NCBI GenBank assembly: GCA_964016885.1
Contig: OZ024741.1
Span: 217,930,001 to 217,994,000 of the forward strand
Length of the DNA: 64,000 nt
Origin: Eledone cirrhosa
Lineage: Eukaryota
Direction: 5' to 3'
In this document: positions 56,201-64,000 of the stretch, in pieces
Position numbering within the stretch: position 1 is the stretch's first letter
Layout of the letters: every line of letters begins with the position of its first letter
The notes under the pieces: model-generated
The model's input: only the letters and a program-made list of their open reading frames with translations
Databases searched by the model: none
What the model was told of the DNA's origin: nothing
Program-made: the position numbers and the translations under genes

Positions 56201-56576
56201 TGGGGGTGAGGAAGGAGGTGGAAGTGGGCAGTTGGACGAGAGGGGTGAGGTGAATGAGAAGGAAGTGAAGATGGTTGTGAGGGAGGTGGAGGTGGGTGAG
56301 ATGGAGAGGGGTGCGAGGAGTGTGTTGGATGACAGAGGTGAGGTAAATAGGAGGGAGGTGGAGGAGGGCAGTCAGAGCGAGTTGGATGAGAAGGGTGAGG
56401 TGAAGAGGGGTGGGAAGGAAGAGGTGGAGGTGGAAACAGTATAAGAAAGAGACGGTCAAGAATGGAATGCAAGGAAAACAATAAATACATACCCGGTGAG
56501 CCTGTATACTTGGCTTATGAAGGGACGGTTGTCTGTTGAGGAGAAGGTAATCCCCGTTTATGAGATGGCGATAAAC
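3552..56576 (-). CDS. POLR1A: DNA-directed RNA polymerase I largest subunit (RPA1/A190), partial multi-exon gene; 18 exons traced
   Basis: Spliced translation contains [78 protein letters not shown] and [13 protein letters not shown]. These are Pol I-type variants of the motifs. All introns are GT-AG with compatible phases. Confidence 0.96.
4310..4762 (+). mobile_element. Second RTE-family LINE fragment with 5' inversion and 12-bp TSD; related copy at 51053-51278 (-)
   Basis: + part encodes GRPRARWLD and ends in a GAA tail; - part encodes [10 protein letters not shown] and CREYFADL; flanks AACCTTGTCACA / AACCTTATCACA. Confidence 0.75.
5174..5220 (-). CDS. POLR1A: POLR1A small exon ([15 protein letters not shown])
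   Basis: 47 bp, ccctag acceptor, gtaagt donor, phase 0 to 2 bridges both neighbours. Confidence 0.8.
5545..5840. repeat. Purine-rich (GA) degenerate minisatellite
   Basis: GAGAGAGAGGGAGGGAAAGAAACTATAAAGAGGAA units. Confidence 0.85.
5856..6077 (-). CDS. POLR1A: POLR1A exon, trigger loop ([35 protein letters not shown]...LCH)
   Basis: 222 bp, [13 protein letters not shown] motif. Confidence 0.96.
6273..19430. repeat. 37-bp tandem satellite, ~13.2 kb, roughly 350 copies
   Basis: Unit GTGTACCTATTGTAAACCAGATATACACAGGGATACA; period read directly (TGTAAACC at 6301 and 6338). Confidence 0.98.
19431..23330 (-). mobile_element. Near-full-length decayed RTE-clade LINE (APE endonuclease + reverse transcriptase)
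   Basis: Frameshifted ORF pieces: [63 protein letters not shown]; (GAT)n 3' tail at 19431-19444; 5' boundary approximate. Confidence 0.92.
23335..23467. repeat. Remnant of the same 37-bp satellite beyond the RTE insertion
   Basis: 3-4 degenerate GTGTACCTATTGTAAACCAGATA units. Confidence 0.9.
24558..24692 (-). CDS. POLR1A: POLR1A exon (QRICPPG...[20 protein letters not shown])
   Basis: 135 bp, PGEAVG motif. Confidence 0.9.
24750..25055. mobile_element. TTAA-flanked piggyBac-type MITE (TIR CCCTTTAGCATTTA); others at 28004-28612, 44542-44740, 45286-45486, 48476-48671, 55304-55712, 63847-64000
   Basis: CCCTTTAGCATTTA...TAAATGCTAAAGGG-TTAA termini and shared internal sequence. Confidence 0.85.
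25100..25252. repeat. Near-perfect ~150-bp palindrome centred on AGATACTAGTATCT
   Basis: TGAAGACCTTTAAAAGA... / ...TCTTTTAAGGGTCTTCA. Confidence 0.85.
26322..26451 (-). CDS. POLR1A: POLR1A exon ([15 protein letters not shown]...SENS)
   Basis: 130 bp, CPDPVLS motif, phase consistent. Confidence 0.86.
26547..26705. mobile_element. Mariner-type MITE
   Basis: TA-CAAGGGTTGGCTGAAAGGTTCATAG / CTATGAACTTTTCAGCTGATCCTCA-TA. Confidence 0.6.
26732..27376 (-). mobile_element. 5'-truncated copy of the same RTE LINE
   Basis: Closely matches 19431-20107 including the (GAT)n tail. Confidence 0.9.
27485..27812 (+). mobile_element. tRNA-derived SINE with RTE-derived tail; also 28125-28510 (-), 38036-38330 (+), 38876-39213 (-); heads at 26015-26180 (+) and 39966-40099 (-)
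   Basis: A box TGGCTTAGTGG, B box GAGTTCAATTC, CCTTGAGCAAGACACTT core, palindrome ATGATAGGGAC..GTCCCTATCAT, tail shared with the RTE 3' end. Confidence 0.85.
29002..29189 (-). CDS. POLR1A: POLR1A exon (IYKFNQQ...[11 protein letters not shown])
   Basis: 188 bp open frame, ttcag acceptor, gtaagt donor, phase consistent. Confidence 0.82.
29788..30500. repeat. Trinucleotide-derived (GAT/GGT/AGT) low-complexity minisatellite
   Basis: Repeated GTGTTGATAATGATAGTAGTGGTGATGATGATG. Confidence 0.92.
30510..30668 (-). CDS. POLR1A: POLR1A exon ([15 protein letters not shown]...RKTQKK)
   Basis: 159 bp, F.YGED.LD motif, ctag acceptor, gtaaat donor. Confidence 0.92.
30746..31470. mobile_element. Penelope-type terminal structure: direct repeat (30746-30899 / 31241-31399) plus inverted partial copy (31401-31470)
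   Basis: Repeats read directly; degenerate CTGAAGA..GAAA motif at 31013-31075 (-); flanked by (TA)n. Confidence 0.6.
32812..32940 (-). CDS. POLR1A: POLR1A exon, bridge helix ([43 protein letters not shown])
   Basis: 129 bp, DTAVKT..SGYLQR motif. Confidence 0.95.
32941..33360. repeat. ~57-bp minisatellite (7-8 units) containing copies of the exon 3' splice site
   Basis: CCCTGGGGTGG(A/G)GAAGAGAGAGAGATTAGAGTGGGGTATATGACAGGAGCAAGGAG units. Confidence 0.9.
33447..33647 (-). CDS. POLR1A: POLR1A exon ([21 protein letters not shown]...HCMAGRE)
   Basis: 201 bp, [12 protein letters not shown] and MAGRE motifs. Confidence 0.95.
34425..37540 (+). mobile_element. Penelope-like element (RT + GIY-YIG endonuclease), decayed and interrupted by a 1.85-kb insertion
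   Basis: [16 protein letters not shown], then after the insert [22 protein letters not shown], and CP..GKC...IVYEA..YVGMT..FKTRY..H. Confidence 0.88.
34684..36528 (-). mobile_element. Insertion inside the Penelope RT; possible degenerate Gypsy-type LTR element
   Basis: Splits DKFR/DLIN in the host frame; TGTAGTG at 36528 and 35238 (-), PBS-like TGGTGACTCCTAC, PPT-like GGAGGTGA; the putative LTRs do not match each other. Confidence 0.35.
39239..39516. repeat. Long hairpin, ~110-bp arms with ~55-bp loop
   Basis: TCACAGAAAAAAGAGATTCAGTG...CCTGAC / GTCAGG...CACTGATTCTCTTTTTTCTGTGA. Confidence 0.85.
40722..44008 (+). mobile_element. Penelope-like element 3' portion flanked by ~580-bp inverted pseudo-LTRs (40722-41299 / 43441-44008)
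   Basis: 41300-42440 encodes FFNPPFN, KISYST, CNCR..CPL..KC, YIGST..FKTRY..H, CNLCLLE; the arms are near-perfect reverse complements. Confidence 0.88.
43916..43964 (+). ncRNA. Hammerhead-like motif with CCGAAGA core variant; mirror copy at 40762-40810 (-)
   Basis: TTGCT CCGAAGA [ctccaaacc-tc-ggtttggaa] GAAA CAATTG TA AGCAA. Confidence 0.65.
44319..44403 (-). CDS. POLR1A: POLR1A exon ([28 protein letters not shown])
   Basis: 85 bp, [16 protein letters not shown] motif. Confidence 0.94.
45595..45794 (-). CDS. POLR1A: POLR1A exon (ADEKRRSIV...VQNSIL)
   Basis: 200 bp open frame, tgtag acceptor, gtaaat donor, phase matches both neighbours. Confidence 0.85.
45852..46842 (+). mobile_element. Two head-to-tail RTE 3' fragments (45852-46288 and 46289-46842)
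   Basis: First matches the 3' UTR of the 19431 element; second encodes [32 protein letters not shown] and ends in a GAT tail. Confidence 0.85.
47552..47668 (-). CDS. POLR1A: POLR1A exon ([39 protein letters not shown])
   Basis: 117 bp, RLFT..LQ..GFSLG motif. Confidence 0.93.
48218..48382 (-). CDS. POLR1A: POLR1A exon (LWKTLDE...[25 protein letters not shown])
   Basis: 165 bp, ELLCGVLDK and YGLVH motifs. Confidence 0.93.
50080..50163 (-). CDS. POLR1A: POLR1A exon ([28 protein letters not shown])
   Basis: 84 bp, tgtag acceptor, gtaagt donor, ISTLL.N motif follows GKQ. Confidence 0.88.
51364..51472 (-). CDS. POLR1A: POLR1A exon ([36 protein letters not shown])
   Basis: 109 bp, PPAIIKP..LWSGKQ motif, phase consistent. 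Confidence 0.92.
52211..52325 (-). CDS. POLR1A: POLR1A exon ([37 protein letters not shown])
   Basis: 115 bp, phase 1 to phase 2, GLIQDH motif. Confidence 0.93.
52970..53817 (+). mobile_element. Non-autonomous Helitron-like element carrying an RTE insert; second copy at 62390-63255 carries two SINEs; partial copy at ~52435-52620
   Basis: A|TC 5' start, 3' hairpin ending CTAG|T, two dispersed near-identical copies. Confidence 0.7.
53818..54507. repeat. 49-bp tandem array (~14 copies) built from a piggyBac-type terminus
   Basis: Unit TTAACCCTTTCATTACCATATTTCTAATGAAAGACACTGTCTATGTTGT; the first 27 nt match 59941-59967 with one mismatch. Confidence 0.9.
55834..55972 (-). CDS. POLR1A: POLR1A exon with catalytic aspartate triad ([46 protein letters not shown])
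   Basis: 139 bp, tttcag acceptor, gtgag donor, NADFDGD motif. Confidence 0.97.
56493..56576 (-). CDS. POLR1A: POLR1A exon ([28 protein letters not shown])
   Basis: 84 bp, tcag/GT boundaries, NRQP.LH motif. Confidence 0.93.
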
Positions 56577-57184
56577 CTGAAAAGAAAAGACACCATTGTA
56601 AATAATATGTTACTTTAACCTCTTCATTACCATATTTCTAAAGATACACATATATATATCTAACGACACATATCATATTTCTAATGACACATATCATCAT
56701 CACCATCACCACCGTTTTACGTCTGATCTTCCACGCTAGCATAGGTTAGATGGGTTGTCCTGTTGTGGACAGTGTCTGGTCGGCTGACCTGTCTTACTCA
56801 TACGGGAACCGATTCTGGCTTGATTTCTACAGTTGGATGCCCTTTCTAACACCAACATCATTTACAGTGAGTGCTGGGTGCTTCTTTTCCGTGGTGCCTA
56901 CACGTTCACTTTATAGTGTGGGCTGGGTGCTTTTTTGCCGTGGCACCTCCACGACCACTTTGCAGTGGGAAAGGGTGGGGGCATATTGTCTATATGCTTC
57001 AGCTTTGGCTTGTACCTGTGGGAAGTTGGGTCTCCTGTATTACTGTGTCTAATGACACATATATATCTAACGACACATCATATTTCTAAAGACAGACATC
57101 ATATTTCTAATGACACATCATATTTCTAAAGATACATATATATATATCTAACGACACATATCATATTTCTACTGATACATATAT

Positions 57185-59200
57185 ATATAAGAAGAAATTA
57201 AAAGATGGTTAAAAAAGTTCCATGTATTTTATTATGCGCATTTCAAAAACAAATATCATCCTGGGACGATATTTGCGTTCTCATCAGATAAAATAGGGAG
57301 ACATGATATGAAGCTTAAAAAAAAACACTTGTGAGCAAGGAAGTGTCTAATCAACATATGATAAATAAATTTAAAAGGATATAGGAGATTGGAAAAAAGG
57401 AAAGGAAGGGGAGAAAAGTAAGGAAGAGGAAGAGAGGAAAAAAAAAAAAAGGAAAGGATAATGGAGGAAGAGTATAAGAAGGAGGAAGGAGAGAGAAAGT
57501 GAGAGGAGAGAAAGAGAGAGAGATAAACATTTAAGCTGAGAAACGCTGTCGCCACAGAGAAATAACTGAAAAAACGGTTGTAAATTTATAAATAAATAAA
57601 ATAAATTAGAAAAATTAAAAAATTAAAAGTTAATGAGATTTATGAATGATGATGCTTATGATTACAGATATAGAAATTAAGTATACCATTTATTTAGGGT
57701 TTAAATAGTGAAGGATTTATTAAGATGTGCAAAAATTTATTAAAATGTATTATTAAGATAAAATAAAGTAAAATAAGATGAGGTGAATGAAAATAAAATT
57801 AAATGATTTATAAGCTTAGAAGACGATATAGGGTCCTAGTTTGTTTCAATAGATTGTAATAGAAAAAGTAATTATTTAAGTTAATACAAGCATGGAAAGA
57901 GAAAAAAGAAAAATACGAGGAAGAAAAATATTACGTCAAAAATTTGTTTACAAAATTCAACTAATGCTAATATTAATAGATTTGAAGTAAAAAATTGGGA
58001 AATATAGTGACTTAAAAAGTAATGTTGAGAAAAAATGATATAAAGATGAACTATTTAAAAGAAAATTTGTATCTCAAAGAAGATAAAGGAATTTGCTATA
58101 GTGAATTAAAAAGTTTAAAAAATAAAAAAATTAGGGGACCAAAAACGTCATAGTATGAATGAACTTTGTAGAATGCACTGAAATGTGGTAGAAAAAGGGG
58201 TATATGTGTAAAAAAAAGAGATATATATGTGTGAGAAAAAGATTTTAATCTTAATTATGGAGTAAGATATTAGCTGTATACTTAGTGAAATGACCTAAGC
58301 GATTTATGGATGCAAAGCGAAAATAAATCTGTGCGTCTATTTATTATAGAGTTAAAATTAGAGATAATGGTAAATTTTTCCGCTAGGCATAAATTACAAG
58401 TTCTGGATAGGGAAGCATTGAAATAAGGAGAAGCATTGCAAATTTTTCTCCAGGAAATTTTGTAATTAATGTTTTTATCTTTTAAGGACCAGATGAGTTC
58501 TGAGAGTGCAGTGTTTGTTCTTTTAAGTGGGTATTTAAAAGAAGAAGAATGGTTATATAATCTTGCCTTAAAGGAAGTAGAAGTAGAGCCAAATTAGGTA
58601 TAAGAATTGGTACTAGTTATCACCTTACATTCGTATACTAAATTTTTAAAAGACAAACATTAATTACAAAATTTCCTGGAGAAAAATTTGCAACGCTTCT
58701 CCTTATTTCAATGCTTCCCTATCCAGAACTTGTAATTTATGCCTAGCGGAAAAATTTACCATTATCTCTAATTTTAACTCTATAATAGACGCACAGATTT
58801 ATTTTCGCTTTGTATCCATAAATCGTTTAGGTCATTTCACTAAGTATACAGCTAATATCTTACTCCATAATTAAGATTAAAATCTTTTTCTCACACATAT
58901 ATATCTCTTTTTTACACATATACCCCTTTTTCTACCATATTTCAGAGCATTCTACAAAGTTCATTCATACTATGACGTTTTTGGTCCCTTAATTTTTTAA
59001 TTTTTTAAACTTTTTAATTCACTATAGCAAATTCCTTTATCTTCTTGGAGATACAAATTATTTTTTAAATAGTTCATCTTTATATCATTTTTTCTCAACA
59101 TTACTTTTTAAGTCGCTATATTTCCCAATTTTTTTACTTCAAATCTATTATTAGCATTAGTTGAATTTTGTAAACAATCTTTTAATTTCTTCTTATATAT
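57185..59200 (-). mobile_element. Penelope-like 3' fragment with inverted duplication (57944-58475 / 58656-59177)
   Basis: Minus strand from 58655 encodes VYECKV..FGST..FKARLYNH..LS..IW.LK..CNLCLAEK (GIY-YIG); ~530-bp inverted arms. Confidence 0.88.
57225..57295 (-). ncRNA. Minimal type I hammerhead ribozyme (Penelope-associated)
   Basis: TATTTTAT CTGATGA [gaacgcaaatatcgtcc-ca-ggatgatatttgttttt] GAAA TGCGCA TA ATAAAATA; core intact, 8-bp stem I. Confidence 0.8.
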
Positions 59201-59429
59201 ACTCCAGTCCAATAAACTGTTGAGTGCTACTTATCCGATATTTGCATTGCTTTATTGTGTAACAATAAAACTCACCTCCTATACATATATATATATCTAA
59301 CGAGACATATATATATATTTAATGTCACATATATTTCTAATGAGGCAAATCATATCTAAAGACACACACTATATTTCTCACGACACACCATATTTCAATT
59401 AATTAAGAAAAATTTGTACTAGCATGAAG

Positions 59430-59712
59430 ATCTTACAGGGTGGACTAGGTGCTTTTTTTCCGTGATTCAAGCAATACCACTGTACAAGATGAACTGGATT
59501 CTTTTTTTCATGACATCAGCACTACCACTGTATAAGGTGGAATGGGTGCTTTTTTTTTCGTAATTCCAGCACTACCACTGTACAGGTTGGATTGGGTACT
59601 TTTTGTTGTGACACCAGCATTACCACTGTACAGGGTGGACTGAGTGCATTTTTCAGGACACCAGCACTACCACTGTATAGAGTAGACTGGGTATTATTTT
59701 TTGTGATGCCAG
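59430..59712. repeat. ~47-bp degenerate tandem repeat resembling the internal RTE 3'-UTR repeat
   Basis: CAGCACTACCACTGTACAxGGTGGAxTGGGTGCTTTTT, about 6 copies. Confidence 0.75.
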
Positions 59713-59944
59713 CAGGGATTTACTAAAAAAAGCACCCAACACTCACTGTAAATGAGGTTGGTGTTAGGAAGAGCATCCAGCTGTAGAAATCAAGCCAGAA
59801 TCAGTTCCTATATGAGCAAGACAAAGTCAGCCAACCGGACACTGCCCACAACAGGTCAACCCATCTAACCCATGCTAGCATGGAATGGACATAAAACGGT
59901 GATGATAATTTCCTTATTAAGATGGTTTTTGTATCATGACTTAA

Positions 59945-62118
59945 CCCTTTCGTTACCATATTTCTAACCAAAATACACCCCTTATGTGTTTCAATTAATT
60001 CTAACATAATCATAAATTTAGTCTGGTTTCATTAAACAACTCTAACTTTTTTATTTATCAACATATTAATGTGATTTTTGGAAGAAAATTTAACGAAAGG
60101 TTCTCAAACCAATTCTATTCCATAATTTTTGTCTCAAAGTGACTCTAATTACAGGTAAATTCAACAAAATATGAAATTATTTAAATTTTGTTCAAACATC
60201 GCTATAGAAAATGGGTTATTAGCTAATATTCAATTGAGTATACAACAAAATTTTACTATAGAAGAGTTGTGCACATTACTGGATTTATCAGGTGAATTTA
60301 AACACACAAAAGACAGGTGTACTATAAAGGTATAAATAAAACGAAAGACTGGAATTTGTCTGTGAAGAAAACTAGAAAACAAAATACACACACACCATCA
60401 ACTAGATTAAATAAGCTCTCCCACATACATAGATATGCAGAAATATACAATAATGATTTACAAAAGAAATTAATCAAAACTCGTCATTCACCTTACAGGT
60501 AAATTAAAATAACACAAAGAAAAATAAAAACAAAGTAAATTTGAAAATATTAATAAAATAAAATCACACATATATACAAATCAAACAATATTCCTATCAT
60601 GAAAACTTGTAAAGTACCCTGCTCTGCAGAATGCACATTGGAAAGTTGTTTCAACAGACCTTCCACTAGGAGCTTTCCTTTTTTGATGAAGGCATTCACG
60701 ACACTGCTTTTTGCGACCCTCGATTTTTTCTAATTTATGGAGATCGGCTGAATTCAGAGGGATATCTCTTTGGCAGGCTTTGGCTTTTCTCCCTACAGTT
60801 ATTTTTTTTTAGGATAACCAGCTCTTAATTGTGTTGCTACATCTGCTCGGAACTGCAGATGGTCGCATCGCTTTCGAGCCGGTCCCGATTTGGTATATAG
60901 TATAAACGCATTAGTAATACTCATATTTACTATATACCAAACCTGGTATCGCCACCATTTATTCCCCGATCTGCCAACTGGATAATAAGACATCATCTGA
61001 TTCATCCGATCTACACCACCCATGTAACTGTTATAATCGAGATTCACAAATGGGGTGTCATTTTCATCCACATGTGGCCGTGCACAGGTAGACAGAAAAT
61101 TGATCTGCTTCTTATCTCTGTATGCGGTCGTTAGCAAATTTCCTTTCTGCCATTGAATTATTTCACCTTTTTTTTTTAATTTTGCTTTTTTTATATCCAA
61201 TGGCAGTCTTTTTCTACTAGCGATCACTGTAACACATGTATGTGTTGTCACAGTATCTAAATTCTCCGCAAGTTTGACCCTGGTTATGGCATGGAAGTGA
61301 TAAATCCCAGACCACATCATACCCTAGGCCATGCTGACTTACATAATTGTCTCTTTTGCCAGTATAAAATTCAAATCCAGAGCAGTACCCAGTATTTGAT
61401 TCGCAAATCTTCCAAACTTTGATCCCCCATTTTGTGGGCTTTCCTGGCATATATTGTCGAAAACACACTCGGCCTTTATAGCCCACCATACCCTCATCGA
61501 TAGATAAATATCTCCCTGGTTTGTAAACTGTTTTATATGTATTTTGAACACAATCAATGAAGGGTCTTATTTTAAATAAGGGATCATAGTTTGGTTCTCC
61601 ACGTACTGCTCGTGTCTCTTACATGTAAATACTGCATCAATTTTAAAAACCGTGTCCTCGTCATTATACTTGAGACATATTCGTCTCCAAAGGGTTCATC
61701 GGTACTCCAGTAATTTGTACTTCTGGGTAGCTTTCTAATGCCCATAATAATATTTATGGCAAAATAAGCCCTAATTTCATTTAAGCTTGTGGGAAACCAC
61801 AAACTATCCTTTTTTTCGCTTTGTTTACTTGCTATCCATTTTTTGTCAGAATTAAAAATTTTCTAAACACAACAGGAACAAATTTGGGAAAAAATCTCCC
61901 AAAATTCACAGAATTAAAATAACACGTCAATATTTGTCCAAAACTGTAGCTCAATTGTTTATGTAGTATAATCACGTGTTTTCACGAATGTACTAACGAG
62001 ATTTGCTCTGATATTCTCATTTAAATGTGAATGTGTGAGTACGGGCGGTTTTGGGCAGCTTGGTCACATGAACCAAAATTTTTTTCGGGCGGCTTTGGGC
62101 GGTTTGGTAACGAAAGGG
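59945..62118 (-). mobile_element. Decayed piggyBac DNA transposon
   Basis: TTAA TSD on both sides, 14-bp TIR CCCTTTCGTTACCA / TGGTAACGAAAGGG, internal transposase fragments. Confidence 0.93.
60581..61802 (-). pseudogene. piggyBac (PGBD4-like) transposase, frameshifted and deleted
   Basis: MTRTRF..L..YLH, IDE.MV.YKGR..FRQYMPGKPTKWGIK, DYNSYMGGVD, KWWR, C-terminal CRECL..ETTFQCAFC. Confidence 0.9.
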
Positions 62119-62485
62119 TTAACAGAAGTTTCCCACATAAAATTATATTAGATATTAATTCAAATGAGAATGTTTTTAAAATGGGTAACTTTGTTAAATT
62201 GGACTAGAGGCAGTTTTGAGTGGGTTGGTATCAAAGAATTTTAAGGGATTCAGTAAAATTATGAATTATTTCATTACTAAGATTGGAACTTAACATAGGG
62301 TTCTTATCTAAAACTATATTGCAAAATTTAAATTTAAATAAGAATCCTTTAACCATTTCATGACCACATTTCTAGTAAACTACACACTATCTAAACTACA
62401 ATAAAGTAAGGAGTGCGGGACTGCGTCCGGAATATATTTTTTTATCCCGTTTATAAAATAAGTTGGATTACTTTGAATAAATAAT

Positions 62486-62868
62486 TGTTTCTACATTAGG
62501 CACAAGGCCAGCAATTACCCAGTACATTACTGGTACTTTATTTTATCGACCCTGTAAGGATGAAAGGCAAAGTTAACCTCGGCGGGAAATGAACTCAGAC
62601 TGTAAAGGGACGTAACTATGCTAGAAAGCATGGCGTCCAACCCTCTACTGATACTGCCAATTCACCGCCCTTATTTTGAATAAATTGTTTCTACTTTAGG
62701 CACAAGGCCAGCAAATACCCAGTGCATTACTGGTACTTTATTTTATCGACCCCATAAGGATGAAAGGCAAAGTCAACCTCGGCGAGATTTGAACTCAGAT
62801 CGTAAAGGGACGTAACTATGCTGGAAAGCATGGCGTTCGACCCTCTACCAATACTGCCAATCCACCAT
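62486..62868 (-). mobile_element. Two tandem copies of a second tRNA-derived SINE (Octopus-type); others at 25315-25535, 29240-29462, 38354-38540
   Basis: Shared CACAAGGCCAGCAA...GGTACTTTATTTTATCGACCC...GAAAGGCAAAG...TGAACTCAG; resemblance to octopus SINEs is from recall. Confidence 0.8.
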
Positions 62869-63269
62869 GAATGAATATTACATAATTTATCTACTAAATT
62901 TCATTATTCTTGTATAAATAATTTTGTTGCTTATTTTAAGATTCACTTCTTTAAAATTTTCAAATGTCGACATTTCCGGTTAGCGATCGTTTAAATAAAC
63001 ATTCACATATTTCTGTCACTAATTTTCTCCTAATGCAGTTTATATATAATATCGTCTTTTTTTTAATGTATCATGGATTACGTTACTGATTACATAAGAC
63101 AGTGTAACGCAGTCTTTGTTCAATTTCTGTGTATATTGTCAATTACGATTTTATTTGATGTATCATATCTACATGTATATATACTTACGTATAATATCAA
63201 TATGCACACTAGACAGGCTAGCAGAAAACCACCCAAAGGGTGGTTTTTCTGCTAGTTTCAATTAAGTAA

Positions 63270-63846
63270 TGAAGAATTTTGAGGGATCTGTAAAAATTAT
63301 TAATTATTTCATTGCTAAGATAGTAACTTAATGTAAGGTTCTTATATAAAACTATGTTGAAAAATTGTAATTTAAATAGGAACTCTTTAAAATTGGTGAT
63401 TTTGGCCAAGTTAGTATATTTTGAGGGATTTACTAAAATTATTAATTATTTCATTATTAAGAGATTAACTTAACATATAGTTCTGATATAATATTATGTT
63501 GAAAGATTGTAATTTAAATAGGAACAATTTAAAATGGGTGGTTTTGTTTCAAAAGTGTTAATTAATGAAGAATTTTGAAGGATTAACTAAAATTATGAAT
63601 TAATTCATTACTAAGATAAAAACCTAATGGATGGTTCTTATATAAAATTATGTTGGAAAAGTTTAATTTAAATAGGAACCCTTTAAAATGGGTGGTTTTG
63701 TTTCATAGAACCAGAGTTGGCTTTGGCCAAGTTGTAATAATTTTGAGGGATTTACTAAAATTATTAATTATTTCATTACTAAGATAATAACTTAAAATAT
63801 GGTTCTTATATAAACTTATGTTGGAAGATTATAATTTAAATAGGAA
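63270..63846. repeat. Degenerate AT-rich ~130-160-bp tandem repeat (~4 copies)
   Basis: TTTTGAGGGATTTACTAAAATTATTAATTATTTCATT...TTTAAATAGGAAC repeated. Confidence 0.75.
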
Positions 63847-64000
63847 CCCTTTAGCATTTAAACCGGCAGTATCTGGCCTGAATTCTCTCATCTCTTTCTG
63901 TTCAAACTGGCTGTAACCAGCCGCTCATACTGATCTTAAAGTATTGTCCTTAAAATAAATAATATCAAAATCTCATAGATTTGATATTATGTAAGATAAA

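Noticed and set aside
56008-56490. Pro/His-rich and Glu/Gly-rich ORFs
   Set aside because: Low-complexity purine-rich tract inside the 520-bp intron between two confirmed exons

Overview
Eukaryotic, repeat-rich genomic DNA; the SINE/LINE content resembles an octopod cephalopod (inference). The window holds an internal part of one large minus-strand gene, the largest subunit of RNA polymerase I (POLR1A/RPA1). I traced 18 consecutive GT-AG exons (56576 down to 3552) that splice in frame and include the NADFDGD active site, bridge helix and trigger loop; the start and stop codons are not in the traced part. The introns contain a ~13 kb 37-bp satellite with higher-order structure, a near-full-length decayed RTE LINE and its tRNA-derived SINE partners, several Penelope-like elements with inverted pseudo-LTRs and minimal hammerhead ribozymes, a decayed piggyBac with derived MITEs and a TIR-derived satellite, and Helitron-type non-autonomous elements. 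The most notable observations are an apparently intact sense-strand hammerhead in a POLR1A intron, minisatellites that multiply the gene's own splice sites, and unusual residues in conserved Pol I motifs, several one A-to-G change from the recalled consensus (possible restorative RNA editing) in a pre-mRNA rich in long inverted repeats.
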